Shown: positions 28,877 through 44,019 of the stretch, piece by piece | Layout: each line of letters begins with the position of its first letter | Numbering within the stretch: the first letter of the stretch is position 1 | DNA from: the human T2T-CHM13v2.0 reference genome, Homo sapiens | Assembly (NCBI RefSeq): GCF_009914755.1 | Contig: NC_060934.1 | Strand: one strand, 5' to 3' | DNA: 64,000 bases | Notes under the pieces: model-generated | Database searches by the model: none | What the model was told of the DNA's origin: nothing | What the model saw: only the letters and a program-made list of their open reading frames with translations | Program-made: the position numbers and the translations under genes

Positions 28877-29967
28877 AAGACTTCTTTTGATTTCTGCCTC
28901 TGTGGGAGAAAGATTTATTTATGCCCATTAGATTCCTTGGATTTGGTCCCATATCTCTTCAGATGGGTAATAAACTTTTCATAAACTATTCAAGGAGTCT
29001 TTTCATTCCAACTTCTTCATCTTTGTTGCTGACTGCACATTTGGCAATAAATGCTGTTAGGAGTTTTAAAACATGGTTGCAAATCTTGTGACACCTATCT
29101 GATTGAGAGTCTGTGTCCCTTCTCAAATCTGGGCATGTCTGCTTAGACAACAGAATACACTGGAAGTGAAGCTGTGGGACTTCTGAGGCTAGGTCATAAC
29201 GGGCTTTAGTTGCTGGGAATACTTGTTCTTGAAGTTTTGAGCTGCCATGGAAAAGGTCCAGCATCCTTGAGACTGTCATGCTGGAGATGTCACAAGTGGG
29301 TTTTCTGGTAGACAGTCCCAGTCAAGTCTGCCTTCCATTATTCCAGACCGACAGCCAATCATTTGAGTGAGAAAGCTCTCTTGGAATTGGTTTCTCCAAA
29401 CCAGCTGTTCTAGCCTTCAGCTTCCTGAGTCATGTGAGTCATCCCAGCTAAGGGCTCAGACACTGGAGCAGAGAAAATCCAGCCCTACTGTGCCATTTCC
29501 CCATTCCTGACCCACAGTATCCACAGGCATAAAAAATTAGTGTTGTTTGACACCACTAAGTTTTAAGGTGGTTTGTTATGCAACAATAATTATAACATAA
29601 TATGATACCTGGAATTGGAGTGTTACCATTGCAAAACCTAAAACAAATAGCTCTGGCTTTGGGACAGGATAGTAGGTGGACACAGAAAGCAGTATTTAGG
29701 AGGCTGCTGTGAGGGCTTGCAGAGAAATGAGGGCAGTGTTGTCAGAAGCTAGAGAAAAGGCGAATTCTGTTTTGTAGTGGTGGGACATTGGTTAATACTG
29801 TGACCTACAGGGAAATCAAGAATACGTTTGATGGAATGAATGATATAACTGAAAATGTCATACACAGTGTAGAATAAGGCATGGTGCTGAAAGGGCCACT
29901 TGGCATCTCCATTATGCCCCTGATCAAATGTGAGTAAAGAAACACACATTAAAGAATGTATTGTTTG

Positions 29968-30305
<338 letters not shown>

Positions 30306-30464
30306 TGAATGGAATTTGGAGCAAACATAAAGATCTCTGGACAGTCATTTACCCATTAAAATATTTTCATACTAACAAAGAGCCTCAGGGGAAAAATTAA
30401 ATCAAGGGCACTGTCAGGAAAAAGTGGTCTCAAGGTAGAGATGAAGGCAGGGATGTGACTGTAA

Positions 30465-30804
<340 letters not shown>

Positions 30805-32446
30805 CTTACCCTTCTCTTTGGTAAAACCTCAGAATGGTTTAAGATGATGCCTCATAGACACTTTCAAATAGACAAAAATGTAAGAATCCTAAGAATGTGC
30901 CTCACAGACCCTGAGAATCTTAATGGTTTTGTCCCATAGTGACCTCATAGGGAGCCCAGGGAAGAGGAAGAGAGGGTTTATCTTGAAAAGATTTGTGGGT
31001 GTAGCTTCTGTCTAAAAGAGTAGATTTTAAATTGATCATAAGAGGCCCACAAAGTTCTTAAAGGAACTATAACAGATTGAACGGAATGGGAAAGAGACAG
31101 TACAAAATGAAAAGAGGTCTTTGAAATCTCCCCAACTCTCCCAGGAGGCAGCTGGAGAAACTACTCAGCTACAGACAGGGGCTGCCTTAGTGAAAAAGGA
31201 TGACTCAGAGGGCAGAGCCCAGAGCTCTCTAGAAAATCACTCCCAAAGGGCAGAAATAAGCCTTAAAGAAGAGACTGGTATGTCGCAGCTGGATTTCAGA
31301 ACAGCCATGATCCATGACTGCTGTGTGTCTCTGGTTTCCCCAACTTTGAACGAGAACGTCTATATTCATTATCTTATGCCTGTTCCACCAGTCTAAATTG
31401 TGTGTGTTTTGCGAGGTGGTACAGAAAGATAGTGTTTTTTGTTAACAGGTTTTCAAATCAAGAGAAACTATAGACTGGGTACTGAACTTGAAGAGCCTCA
31501 TTTTGCACCTTGCCCTCATTTGGAAGATGATATTCAGAACCTTGGGCCTGAGCCTGATGCTGTAATGGGATGAAACTCCGAGAGAGTCTTGGAAGGGGGC
31601 TGAGCGTATTGTGTATTTTGCCTGTGGGAAGGATGTAAATGATTTGTGGCCACAGCAAGGACTGCAGTAGTTTTTAAGTGGCTGCAAATTCTTTGTCACT
31701 TTTATCCCTTTCTCTGAATCTGGGTGGACTGTGACAGCTTTGACAAATAGAGTACAGAAGAAGTTGTGGCTTCTGAGGTCAGGTCATAAGTGTCCATGCA
31801 GTTTCCTCCTCGTGCTGCTGGGAACACTTGCTTTTGGAGCCGTCAGCTTCTACATAAAACTTCCAATTACCCTGAGATGTCTGGCCATGCTGGTAAGGCC
31901 ACATATGGGTGCTCTGATCAACAGCTCAGCTAAGTGAGCCCTTCCACCATGCCAGCCCAGGTTTCAGATGTGTGAATGAAAAAGCCATCATGGAGGGGGA
32001 TCCTCCTGCTCCAACTGGTCTAGTCCTGACTGTTCCAGACTCCTCTAGCCATGAGAGTCATCCCAGCTTAAGGCTCAAATGTTATGGAGCGAGAAGAGCT
32101 TTTTTCTCTGTTCCCTTTCTGAATTCCCAACTCACAGAATCTGTGAGAGTCATATAATTATTACTGTCTGCCACTAAACTTTGATGTGATTTATTATGCA
32201 GCAATAGAGAACTGGAACAATGCTGTATCATTTAATTTCTTGCTCCGATTCCTGAAACATATCAGAGGCATAAGAGTCCAAGTGTTTTACTTGAAGAGAA
32301 GAGGTCTGACCACAGAAATTTCTTGGAGGAAGTTAAAGCAAAATCCTTTGCTTGGCTCATGGATGGATAAAAAGATGTGCCCATCCAGAGGGATTGCAAA
32401 GTACCAAAGGAGAGGAGAGAGTCTCTATATTGTGGGCAAAGAGCAG

Positions 32447-32769
32447 TGATATGGTTTGGTTTTGTGTCCCCACCCAAATCTCATCTCCAATGGTAATTCC
32501 CACATGTTGAGTGAAGGACCTAGTGAGAGGTGACTGGATCATGAGGGTGGTTTCCCCTGATGCTGTTCTCATGATAGTGAGCGAGTTCTCATGAGATCTG
32601 ATGGTTTAACAGTGTGGCATTTCCACTCCACCCTCTGCCACCAGGTAAGACATGCCTTGGTTCCTTAGCCCTCCCCAGCTGTGCGGAACTGAGTCAGTGA
32701 AACTTCTGTTTTTATAAATTACCCAGTCTCAGGTAGTTCTTTATAGCAGTGTGAAAATGGACTATTACT
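32447..32769 (+). mobile_element. MSTA-like MaLR solo LTR
   Basis: TGATATGGTTTGG...CCCCACCCAAATCTCATC...GTGTGAAAATGGACT; flanks AGCAG/AGCAT. Confidence 0.9.
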
Positions 32770-33843
32770 AGCATTGAGCCAGGAAAGGCTTAGTGCTACC
32801 TTCAACTCCAGATTTAGTGTGATGCTGAGGAGGAGGAGAACAGGTTTTTGGGTGAATGGTGGCCTTAGCAGAGAAATCCTTTAATGTAGGACTGAGAGGG
32901 ACAGTTCATGGTAGGAAACCTGGTGCTAAGATTTTGCTGGGGCATAAGTAGTGTGGGCAAAGTTCTTGATCCTGAACAGAAAAGAGAGCATGAGGACAAT
33001 AAGCCCAGACCTTCCTTATCAGGAATCTGGGACATTTGTTTGTTGGATCCATGTCTTCGTATATCTTTAATTTTTTTCACAGTGACTTAAATGTCCTTAA
33101 GTAGAATGACTTTTGGTGTCACTGTTGAAAGTCTACTATTCTCAGATATAAAAGTGTCCTCTTCTGAATTTCTTGGAACATTAAATGGGCATCTCAGTAT
33201 TTTAGGCTTGATGGTATGCAGCCATTCCTACAGGACAGCTGGATGTGTTAGGCTTTCCTTGATTGCTGAATGTTCTAGAAATCTTTTGGAACAAATGTAT
33301 TATCTCTGGATTTCAGAGTAGGGACTTGTTCTTGAGTTGTTTTATGGGATAGTTTGAACAGACATTTGATTAGACAAAGGGCATGGGGAAATTGGTTCTA
33401 TTACATTGACTTGGCCAATATTTGAGAAGCTTTTATTCTATGTTAGGCATTGTGCAAGACTCTGCCTTAAAAAAAGAAGTGTTTTGAATCCTAGTTAAAC
33501 CATTACATCATAGAAATTTTAAAATATTTCTCTAAGCTTTGCTTCTGATTTGTTTGTAATAATATCCCTTTTATAGGTTTGTCGTAAAGATCACTTGAAA
33601 TCAAAGGAGGATAAATGGCATAAGATTCACAAAATGCTTTCACATTTCTTAACTCATCAGGATCAGGGTGGTATCTCATTCAGTCATTTATTAATTCAGT
33701 AAACCTTTGTTGTGGCCTACCTTGTACCTAGCACAGAGCAGAAGCTCAGTTGACATTTGCTAAATGAATGAATGAATACAAGAGTAATAACTATTATTAT
33801 TTACCTGTAAGATTTCATTCCATACCTTGCAGTCCTAATGGGC

Positions 33844-34203
33844 TGATATGTTTTGACTCTGTGTCCCTAACCAAATCTTACCTTGTAGCTCTCATAATTC
33901 ACACGTGTTGTGAGAGGGACCTGGTGGGAGATGATTGAATCATAGGGGTGTGTCTTTCCCGTGCTGTTCTCATGGTAGTGAATGGTCTCTGATGGTCTTA
34001 AAAATGGGAGTTTCTCTGCACAAGCTCTCTCCCTTTACCTGCTGCCATCCAGCTAAGACGTAACTTGCTCTTCCTTGCCTTCCACCATGATTGTGAGGCT
34101 TCCCCAGCCAGGTGGAACTGTAAGACCAATTAAACGTCTTTATTTTGTAAATTGCCCAGTCTCAGGTATGTCTTTATCAGCAGTGTGAAAATGGACTAAT
34201 ATA
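33844..34203 (+). mobile_element. THE1 (A/B-like) solo LTR
   Basis: TGATATG...AAATGGACTAATATA; flanks TGGGC/TGGGG. Confidence 0.92.
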
Positions 34204-34334
34204 TGGGGTTAGCCAGTTTCTCAATTATTTCCCTGTTGAGGGTTTTCCGGCTGGAATAGTGGCCAGTTTGAGATTTCTTTGCTGTTGTTGCAGTGCTGAG
34301 GTGAGTGAAATGATTGGGGACCGTGATGCCTTCC

Positions 34335-34665
34335 TGTGTTGTCAGGGTTCTTCAGAGAGAGGGAACCAATAGGATATAGCTATATATATCTAGATATAGA
34401 TACATAGACATATAGATGTGTATACACACACACACACACACAGATGTAGATATATGAGAGGGGATTTATTAGGGAAATTGGCTCATGTGATTATGGAGGC
34501 TGAGGAGTCTCATGATGGTCTGTCTACAAGCTGAGGACCCTGAAACGCTGATAGCATGGCTCAATCCAAGTCCAAAGGCCTAAGAACCAAGGAAGCCAAT
34601 GGTATAACTCTCAGTCTAAGGCCAAAGTCCCTGAGAACCCAGTAATGGGGCAGGGGCACTGATGT
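34335..34665 (-). mobile_element. MLT2 (ERVL) LTR fragment with embedded TA/CA microsatellite
   Basis: GTCAGGGTTCTTCAGAGAGAGGGAACCAATAGGATAT...ATTGGCTCATGTGATTATGGAGGCTGAG. Confidence 0.88.
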
Positions 34666-34839
34666 AAAAATAGAAAGGGGACATATGTTGGGGAAGGAAA
34701 AGAGAAGGTGAGAGTTTTGCTCGAGGGAGTGTGTGATTCAGGTAATCTTGAAGTTGGCTGTTGCCCTCAGTCTCTCAGAGATCTGGGTAAACATTAGCCC
34801 CAAGGTAGCTAAAACCATTCCTTTGGATTTTTGAGAGCC

Positions 34840-35188
34840 TGATATGGTTGTAGTTTTTGTCCCCACCCAAATCTCATCTTGAATTGTAATCCCCATGTGT
34901 CAAAGGAGAGACCGGATGGAGGTAATTGAATCATGAGGGCAGTTTCTCCCATGCTGTTCTCATGATAGTGATTGCATTCTCATGAGATCTGATGGTTTTA
35001 TAAGGAGCTTATCCTTCCTGCTGTCTTGTGAAGAATGTGCCGTGCTTCCCCTTTGCCTTCTGCCATGATTGTAAGTTTCCTGAGGTGTCTCCTGCAATGC
35101 TGAACTGTGAGTCAATTAAGCCTCTTTCCTTTATAAATTACACAGTCTTGGGCAGTTCTTTACAGCAGTGTGAAAATGGACTAACACA
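34840..35188 (+). mobile_element. THE1D/MSTA-like solo LTR with perfect 5-bp TSD
   Basis: TG...CA termini; GAGCC at 34835-34839 and 35189-35193. Confidence 0.93.
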
Positions 35189-37589
35189 GAGCCCCACTCC
35201 TTGCTTCTGCAGGCTTCCCTCTGCTGTGCAGCATCTGTTCCCAAATACACAGACTCATCTTGGTGCCTGCAAATTCCCATTTTTACCACATGCCGCAGGT
35301 GGAGGTGCTGCCTTCTGGCCTGTTCCGAGCATCCTAGAACATCACAGGTAGAACATCTCACAGTGCCATATACCAAGGCCCTGCCACTCCCTGGTTGCGT
35401 CCACCTCTGCCTCACTGCTCCATGCCCCTTCCAAAGCCCGCATTCTGACCAAGTTAACTTCCCTGCTGCTCCCACCTCTGCATGAGGGAGTTAGGCCTCT
35501 AATTGAAATGCCTCTCTTGTAGAAAACAGCCCCACAGTCTGCCTTCCCTGGCTCCCCTTGTGAATCTGGAAAATGTAATCATCTCCAGAACTGGGATTAG
35601 TCAAATCAAGAGGGAGATTTGGTGTCATTAAGTATAGCTCTATGCTAGTAATAGCAAATTCTGTCTTTCCTTTTTAATACCTGGAGCATGGTGGGCCCCA
35701 GGAAAGCCACCCTACTCCACCCCCAGGCTTCATTGAGCACTTCCTCTGGGACAGACTCCAGGGACAAAGAGAAGTTAGGACGGGACACACATGTCAAGTG
35801 AGTTAATGCTGCAGACCCCAGAGTACCATTTCCAGGGGTCCCTGCAAGCCTGAGAAGCTTGCCCCAGAATCTTCTGCCACCTCCTCCCCATGTGGTTGCC
35901 CCCTCTTTGCTGGGCAGATATGGCTAAAGAAATCTCCAGCTGGGGCCAGGAGGGCCTCATAGTCATCAAAGGCCTCAAGTTTAGACATTGATGTTATTGC
36001 CACCCTTCCATCCTTTCATGCAGTCCCTGAGCGCCTCTGACAAGATTGAAAGAAAAAATCATCATATGATATTAAACTGTGTCTCTTTATTAGATGACAG
36101 TTTGTGAAATTTAAGCATTTAAAATATGTTATAATTTTGAAACAATGATACAGCTTTTCTTCATTTTTCAACTTTCTGGGGGCAGCAAACAGAACAAAAC
36201 AAAAAATAGACATGGATTAGTCCTCTCTTGTCTCTGAAAGACCCTGGTAAGTGGCAACCTCTGTGTGTTCAGAGTCTTAAGAGGAGCCTAAGAAGGTCTC
36301 AGGGCAAGTAATTTGCTTTAAGTTAATCTGCTCAGTGGTTGTGCCTACAGCAGCCACAAAAGCAAAGGCAGACCTAGTGTCTCTGAAATGAAGTTTGTAA
36401 GGGCTCATCGGTGTATCAAAAAGGCTGAAACGGCAGGCAAGTAGTGCTTTGATATTATTTTTGGCTATCACCATGGCAGCCCCTTTAGGGACTGCTGGAA
36501 ATGAAAACCAAGCTGAGAGAATGTGGGGGATAAGTGGTCAGCTCCTGTTGCCTGGGTCTGGCTTGAGAGCAGAGACATGGCTGCCCTTTAACGGTCATTC
36601 CACTCAGGATGTCATGTTCTTGTAGTCTTGGCCAATGGTCCCCTTGTTGTTGTAATTTCTGCTTTAAGAGGCCACTCTGCAACCTTGTTTTTTTCTTCCC
36701 TTTCCAAGTTTTGCAAGCTGTACCAACCCACCATTGCAAAACCATTTATACACTTTGCCTTATATCTGCAAATAAAAAAAAAAAATGCCTGACAGGAAAA
36801 GTAGGATGGTAAATGATCTGGTCCTCTCAGTGTGACCAAAAGAGGAATTAATAAAACCCTAAAAGTTTGCATGTTGACAAAGCCAAAGGTGAAACAGATA
36901 CCACCAAGCACGGGCAGCTCCGTGTTACCCCATTATTAATGCTCCCCCATCAGAGAAGTACATCTTACCAACAGTACATCCCTTTTGGTGACACCAGGAG
37001 GAAAAATTGATTTTAAAAAATCATGTTCAAGTTTCTCTAAATGGGAGAGTGTAAAAGTGTCTACTGAAATTGCCCTTTCTTCCAATATGTGCTGGCCACT
37101 GCTCAAATGGACATGTGCCTTCCTGTTGGAGTTGGCAGTGATGATGCCTCTGCCCCACTCTGCTAGGGGTTCCCTTGGGGCAGTGGCTGCATCTATTTCT
37201 TTACATCCCCAGTGCCTAGCACAGTTCCTGGAGTTTGGTAAGCACTCACTTCCATGTTTGTGGATTGGATGAGTGACTAAATAGAAGGAAGACATAAATG
37301 CATGCTGTTTAGGGCAAAAGAAAGCATGGCCTGCTCCTCATTCCTCCAAAGCTGACCAGCTGTCTCCTGATTTTTCCAATGAGGTCATTTAAGTCAAACA
37401 TTCAGCAGATGCTACTTGATCAAGTTTTTTGTGCTTGTTGAACAGATGTAGAGCTGTAGTCAATGGCATCAGTCAGCCTTCCTGGGAGATAATGCAGAAC
37501 AATGAACGTGTGTGGTTCCTTTGAAGTGTATAACCAATGGCTTCATTAGTCATAGGCATTTGAAGCCTTACCCGGAACAGTCTCGGAAG

Positions 37590-37800
37590 TTAATTTGTTT
37601 CTGCAGAACATTTGAGAGTTTACTACATGTCAAGTACTCGTCTAAGCATTCTGGCCACAAATGCTTATTTCATCCCTGTGTTTGTATGAGGTAGAGTCTA
37701 ATGTTATTCTCAGTTGTACCAATGAGGCTAAGGGATTTGTCCCAGCTGACAGGTTTTGTAAATGGCACAGCTGGGATTTGAACCAACTTACGGTGTCTCA
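37590..37800 (-). mobile_element. MIR SINE
   Basis: TTTGAGAGTTTACTACATGTCAAG...GTAAATGGCACAGCTGGGATTTGAACC. Confidence 0.65.
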
Positions 37801-38388
37801 AAACCTCAGGCTGTGCTGGAAAGAGCTATTATGCCACGAAATATACTAGGACATTCCCATCAAAGATGGCGAGTGAGTGGAATAGAGAGAGGCTTGTCAG
37901 TGTGTGGTCCTGGGGGTTCTGAGGTTCTGGGAAGGCTTTGTTCATTCATTGAACTTAGTAAGTAAAGTGCAAATAATGGTGAGCCTTCTGGGATAGACCA
38001 CTTTGGTTGAAAAAGGGGAACTCTAGGGTGAAGCAGAAGAAGTGAAAGTTTAAGAGGACTCATCAAATGAAAAAAATCAGATCCCAGAAAGAACACTATA
38101 TAATATAAGGTCTTGAAGGGATGCCTGAGATCATCTAGTTCAGTGGTTCCTAGACATTTTGATTTCATAGGCCATAGAAATATTTGGGCTGAGTGAGTTG
38201 ACAGCTTTTTGTTTGGTAGGTAAGTACATTTTTACAAAGCAACCATTGACTAGTACCAGCATTTCTTAAATAGAAATACACTTTAACAATAAAAAAATAG
38301 AAAGGGATAGAGATTCAGAATAAAACAGTCTCTATTTAGAAAAGACAAGTTGGAAACTTTACATTGGTATTTAAAAAGAAATGATATT

Positions 38389-38537
38389 CAGTATTTCCTC
38401 AGTTCTAAGGTGCTCTGTTATAAAGCATATCGTCAATTCAAATGACAGTCACCTTAAATCTATGTAGTTGAAGATGCATCCTGATTTTAGAAACATTAAA
38501 GTATGTTTTGGATTTTCTGTATTTGAAAAAAATGGTA
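38389..38537. mobile_element. MER104-like Tc2/mariner MITE
   Basis: CAGTATTTC...TTCTAAG left end, GATGCATCCTGATTTTAGAAACATTAAA, TGAAAAAAATGGTA right end. Confidence 0.55.
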
Positions 38538-39914
38538 AATTTTCTTAATTATTGGAAATTATATGACATGTATTTGTTTTCTTGATGTAGGTGTGCTGTG
38601 TGTTGGGGGAGGGGCAGGTGGGAGGTGTTCTATGTTCATTGATGTCCTGGGGAAGTAGATCTTGAATGCCAACTTATTTAGGTACCTTGTTGAAATCCAG
38701 TTTCACATAGGGATAGTTTGGAATGTTCTGAGTGATGTGCAGCAGCCACAAGCCTCCCTCCAGTGTGTCTGTCCTTCCCTTGCAGGTGTGTAGAGGGGGT
38801 CTCTGTGCAGGACTTCTGGACTGTGGGAAGGTCTACGGAGGTGGGGACTGTCTTGCTCACAATCCTGCTGGCCAGCATGGCATAGTCAGAAATTGATCTT
38901 AGATACCATTGACCAGGGTCTTATTTTATTTTAATTGACTAATTAATGTCTTAATATCCAGAATGGGCAATGGGAGCCACAAATTCAATCGAATCCCCTT
39001 TTATCAATACAGAAGCCGAGGCCAGAGAGCCTCACTGAGGCCTATGTTGACCCAGAGCATGCTTGGTTGGTCATCCTGGTTCTTTAACCATCTCGCGCAG
39101 TCACTGTACTGAAAACGTTTGTATTTCAGGTCCAGGAGGCAACTTTCTGTGGGTGCAGCTTTTTGTTTCCCAGGTGATGGGCACTGCTGTGCTTTGCACC
39201 CAAACACATCCATAACTGAAGACAGACCCAAATATTCCTGGGAACCAGGCAGGCAGAGGACAGGAGGTGACCAGGTCACACATGTCTGTCGAAGCCACCA
39301 CCTTCTCCTGAGCTCTGGCCTATTGCTGCCAAGAGGAAAAGGGGGGCCCTGTATTCTCAGACCTTCTGATCATTTAAGAGAAATAGGAAGTCCAGATTTG
39401 AAATGAAATTTCTCACTTTTTAGATTTCGGCAATTCAAAAAATAAAAAATAAAAAAACACACAGAGAAAACAAAAGCATTGTGCAAACCAAACAAAACAT
39501 GTCTGATTTGATGCCTGATTTGACATCTGCTTCCATTGTGCAACCTCTGTTCTACAGAATCATTGAGAGTTGTGGTCTTGACCTTCTGAGGTTTGGCTTG
39601 TAGAAGGCTTTGGAGGAGTAAATTGTGTTTAGCCATACGGCAGAAGGTTGTCATGCCATTATTTAAGAACAGTTTACAATGATGACAAAATAGGTAAGGC
39701 ATAATTAGTGGATAAAGCAGCATACAGCATTTTTGATATACCACAGTCCCCATCCATACAAAACTGTGCCTCAGAGACCTATGACAAATGGTCAAAAGCT
39801 GCTATGTAACTCTTCTCCTCCTTCTTCATACTCTAAACTTTCCAAGTTGCCCATAATAAATATGTGTTCCTTTTTAAACCAGAAACAAAATAAACAAAAA
39901 TGTTAATTTATAGT

Positions 39915-40345
39915 TATGCCACTCTCAGGAGCATATCCTAAGATGATTGAATAAATATACAAAGGATTTTATGCACAAAGTTACTCTGGTGATTTTATTT
40001 ATAATAGTGAAAAATTGGTAGCATGTCCAATAATTGGGCAATATTTGAGTAATATATGGAATCCTTATGCAATGGAGTATTTTGCAATCATTGTTTCTGA
40101 TATTATTAAGTATCAATTAGAGTACTGATTATAATATAAAGTGAAAAAATAGGACATAAAATTGCATAAGCATTTGGCTTAAAATCGAGCTTAAAGACAC
40201 CTCATGCGCAGGAAAAAGGCTAAAGAAAAATGCCAAAATGTTTGATAATAAGGTTTGTGACTGGCTGTTAGGTTCATGGGTAAATTTTATTTTTGGATTT
40301 TTACTTTTTTTGGACTTCTCCAGATTTTCTTTATTAAGTGTAATT
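39915..40345 (+). mobile_element. Ancient L1ME 3' end
   Basis: CCACTCTCAGGAGCATATCCTAAG...TTATTTATAATAGTGAAAAATTGG...ATGCAATGGAGTAT. Confidence 0.7.
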
Positions 40346-41719
40346 CTTCAAAAAAAAAAAAAAAGAGGGGGACTGCCATTAATTCACCTTAGATATGCAC
40401 TAATATATTAAATACACAAAAAAGTTATCTTTCCAATACAGTTATAGATATTTTTTCTAATGTGATTATATACTTTATTCTCTAGAAATATACTTCAAAT
40501 TATTACCTTTATGCCTTGGCTGACAGGAAGCTCAGAGTTTAATTTATTGTTTGATCAAAGTAATTATATTTGCCATGGGTTTTTATTAATTTATGTTTCT
40601 TCTCTCTTCTGATTTTAAAAGTTATATGTAATGATCTAAATATTATTTTTTCTATTTATATGATGGTACTATTTTATTATAAACTACTTCAAATTCTCTT
40701 GCAAAGTAGGTTGAGTGTCAATTTTAATAAAGAATAAGTCTACAATCTTTTTCCTATGATTTTACAGCAGTGAGGGAAGTGTTAAACTTTCAAATCTCTA
40801 TATAAATACATATGTATAAATATATGTGTATCTGTCTATATACATCTGTGTACATATACATATGTAAGAATTCTCGAACGCCTATGAATCTTCAATAATC
40901 CAAATGTGTTGACTACTTTTCTATTACTTTAAAAAATTGTTTTGATAGCTTGGGTCCTTATAAATCATAGACAGTATTAATGAGGGACTTCAACTCTTCA
41001 GTATTTAAAATAAGCTTTACAGAAATAGTCTGTAAAATCTGTGGATAAAGATTCAAACTAAAATTTTTCTTTGTTTTTCACTGAAATTATATCAACTCAG
41101 TGTGGTAACACTTCCGTCTCATGCTGAGTAGATTGTTTACTTTGAATTCAGAAATGTTTTTTATGCATAAAAACCCAGAAAATAAATTGTTAATTTATAA
41201 TTACAGTATATTTGGAAATTTAAACTCTCAAAGCCTACTGTTTAGGGAGGGAAAAAATGGAAAGGTCTTGTTGCAGCGAAGAGATTGGGCATGTGGGTGT
41301 TTGCTCTGCCTCTGGTCATCGTGGGAGCACCTGGTGATATCACAGAATGGATTCCTCCTTGGTGGCTCCTACTGAAGCTGCTTCGATTATCAGTCTAAAT
41401 TGAAATCATTTTTATTTTAAATGCTGCAGCAGTTTTGTCCCTTAATCTAATGGAGCTCCCCATTTTTGAGATTTATTATTCTGCCTTCCTACTGTTTTCT
41501 TACTCCTCAGCATTGCCAATGGCATTGGAGCTATTATTAATACATTAGGCCAATGGATCCCATTCATTAGCACGAGGGCCCGGGGCTGGAGGAGAGCATG
41601 ATGCTGGCCATGTGCATCGGCCATTGGCTAAGAGGCTGCATCAGCTGCCGCTCTTCTTTCTACAGAGCAACTGTTATTGGACTGAACAACTGCCTCCTTA
41701 TCCCAGGACTCTCTTTAGG

Positions 41720-41925
41720 GGGAAGAGCACTGGACATAGATTTGGATAGGTTCAATTTGAGCCCTGGCTTGGCACATAATTACTCTGAGACCTTATGAAA
41801 GACTAGAAACCTCTCAGCCCCAGTTTCCTTATTAGTAAAAGCAGAATAATATTTGATCTTGTAACATCATTGGACCATTGTGAAAATTCAGCCAAAATAT
41901 ATACTAATTGTAAAGTGCTGTAGAA
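41720..41925 (+). mobile_element. MIR SINE
   Basis: GGAAGAGCACTGGAC...CTCTCAGCCCCAGTTTCCTTATTAGTAAAA. Confidence 0.7.
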
Positions 41926-42109
41926 TGATAGTAGGCATTTATTTGTCCTCCCAGACCCACCCTCCTTGCTTTAGGGATAGCATCACCCTTCTTCTGGGGG
42001 AGTCGCCTTGCCTTGTTCCTCATTCTCACCTGGGCTCAATGGGACCTGACATCTTGGAAGACAATCTTGCCCTTCTGGGCACAGTAATTGGTCTAAATTA
42101 AATTTTACC

Positions 42110-42605
42110 TGTATCTGTTTTTACAGCTTTGCTATGTAAAAAACCACCCCATAACTTAGTGACTTAAAACAGTAATGACATTATTTTCATGGTTCTTTGG
42201 TCACTGGGTGGTTCTTGTGATGCTTTCAGATGTGTTCCCTTATGTTGCTGCAGTCAGCTGATGGCTTGAGTGGGGCTGGAGCATATGGGATGGCCTCACT
42301 GACGTATTTAGGGCCTTGGTGTTGGTCTAGGCCTCTCTTTCCATGTAAATTCACCCTGGGCTCCTGTCACACAGTGGATGCACACCATGATGGCAAAAAT
42401 GGAAGTGCAAGGCCTCTTAGGCTGAGGGTTAGATGTCGAAAAACATGACTTCTATTATATTTTGGTTAAAATAAAACACAAGGTCAGCTCAGATTTAAGA
42501 CAAAGAGGAATATACTGCACCTCTTGATGGAGGGAGCAGCAAAATCACATTTCAAAAGGTCACATGTATGGAGACAGAAGGAATTACTGCATTAATATTT
42601 GCAAA
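42110..42605 (-). mobile_element. MLT1 MaLR LTR (antisense), apparently nested in an older MLT1 fragment (~41930-42870)
   Basis: GTAAAAAACCACCCCATAACTTAGTGACTTAAAACA...CACCTCTTGATGGAGGGAGCAGCAAAATCACAT. Confidence 0.8.
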
Positions 42606-44019
42606 TAATCTGCAAATATTACTAATGCTGGAACGCTTTTGGGCCAAGATCCGTTAGCAGCCCTTGTTCCAGCCTTGTGGAAGGAGTTGGTGTGCAGTAC
42701 AAGAGAATGCAACTGACTTCTGGAGAGAATCAAGGACAAGTGCTAGAGAGCTCTGAATCAGCCTTTAAAGCAGCTCTGTGCCTGCTCTTATTGCAGTTTG
42801 AATTATGCCAGCAAGTTATCCTGCCCCTTCTCCCATAATCTAGCTTAAGTGTGATTTCTGTCACGTGCTCTCCAGGAGCAAGCTCAATATATGCTTATTA
42901 CTTTTCCCTTTGTTTGCCTTTCCTGGAGAATGGATGAAAGGATTGGGAGTAGAGATCTATGAGTTTTAAATTAATTATGTAGACTGGCACAGCAGCCCTG
43001 TCTTTCTCCATCTCATCCTCAGCCAGCTCAAAACTGAATAGGCTGGCAACTTCCTTGCTACCATTATTCACTCTTATTCTGAGGGTAAAAATGACTATGA
43101 GCTCCCAGTGTGCAGCATCTTGTGAAAGATCAGAACTTGAATGATAGCATCAGAAGAACATGAGAGTATGCACGTGCAAGTTCCTTCATTTCTTCTCAAG
43201 AACGTTTTTAAAGTTTGCACCTGGAGAAGCTCCTGAAACATCTGTCAGCAGTTTGGTAGAATCTACAGTCTTGTTACCATTTTAGATTAATTTGTTATGG
43301 CAATGAATACATCAGACTTGATCTCCAAGGGTTCTCTGTAAATCATTTCTAAACCCTCATTCTCTGGGGTCATCTTTTTGGGATAAATGGGATCAAGAGA
43401 GGTTGGTAGTCTTTTGAGACTGTAGACTTTAAAACCTTGAAATTCAGTGCTTCAGAAATAAAAAGCAAACTCTAAAATATTTAATAATCAAAAGAGGAGA
43501 TGATAATCATTTTCTGCAGTTAGCCACTCAGGCTGTCACCCATGCCTTTTATCTTCAGATTTCTCTAGTTTTATGTAGAATGTCATTATGCAATTATCTT
43601 AGAAAACTTCTTCCCAAGAATTTGACTTTTTCAGTATTCTGTCATTTAATTCTCTAACTGCATTACCTTCCCAAAGCATTTCTTTAGTCCAACTCACAAA
43701 CAATAAATATTTCTAAGGATAGGTCCTACACCCACCCTTGGAATGTGCTCCTTTTGTTGGAAGAAAATAGAGAATTTGGCCTGGTTTAGGGTCACCCTTT
43801 GGTGATCATCTCCAGTGTAGTGGAGATGACGCTGATGCTGATGCTGCCTCTTGGGTTGCCCTTTGGGAAGCCCTTTTCTGGGGCCCTTCTCTCAGGAAGA
43901 CAGAGGAAAATGGTCATGTAGGATGTTTTATATTCCCGTTTATGAGCCTTTTCTTGTGAACACTTTTTTTCTATGCTACTTCCTGCTGGATTAGAAGACA
44001 CAAAATGTGGTTGGGGAAG

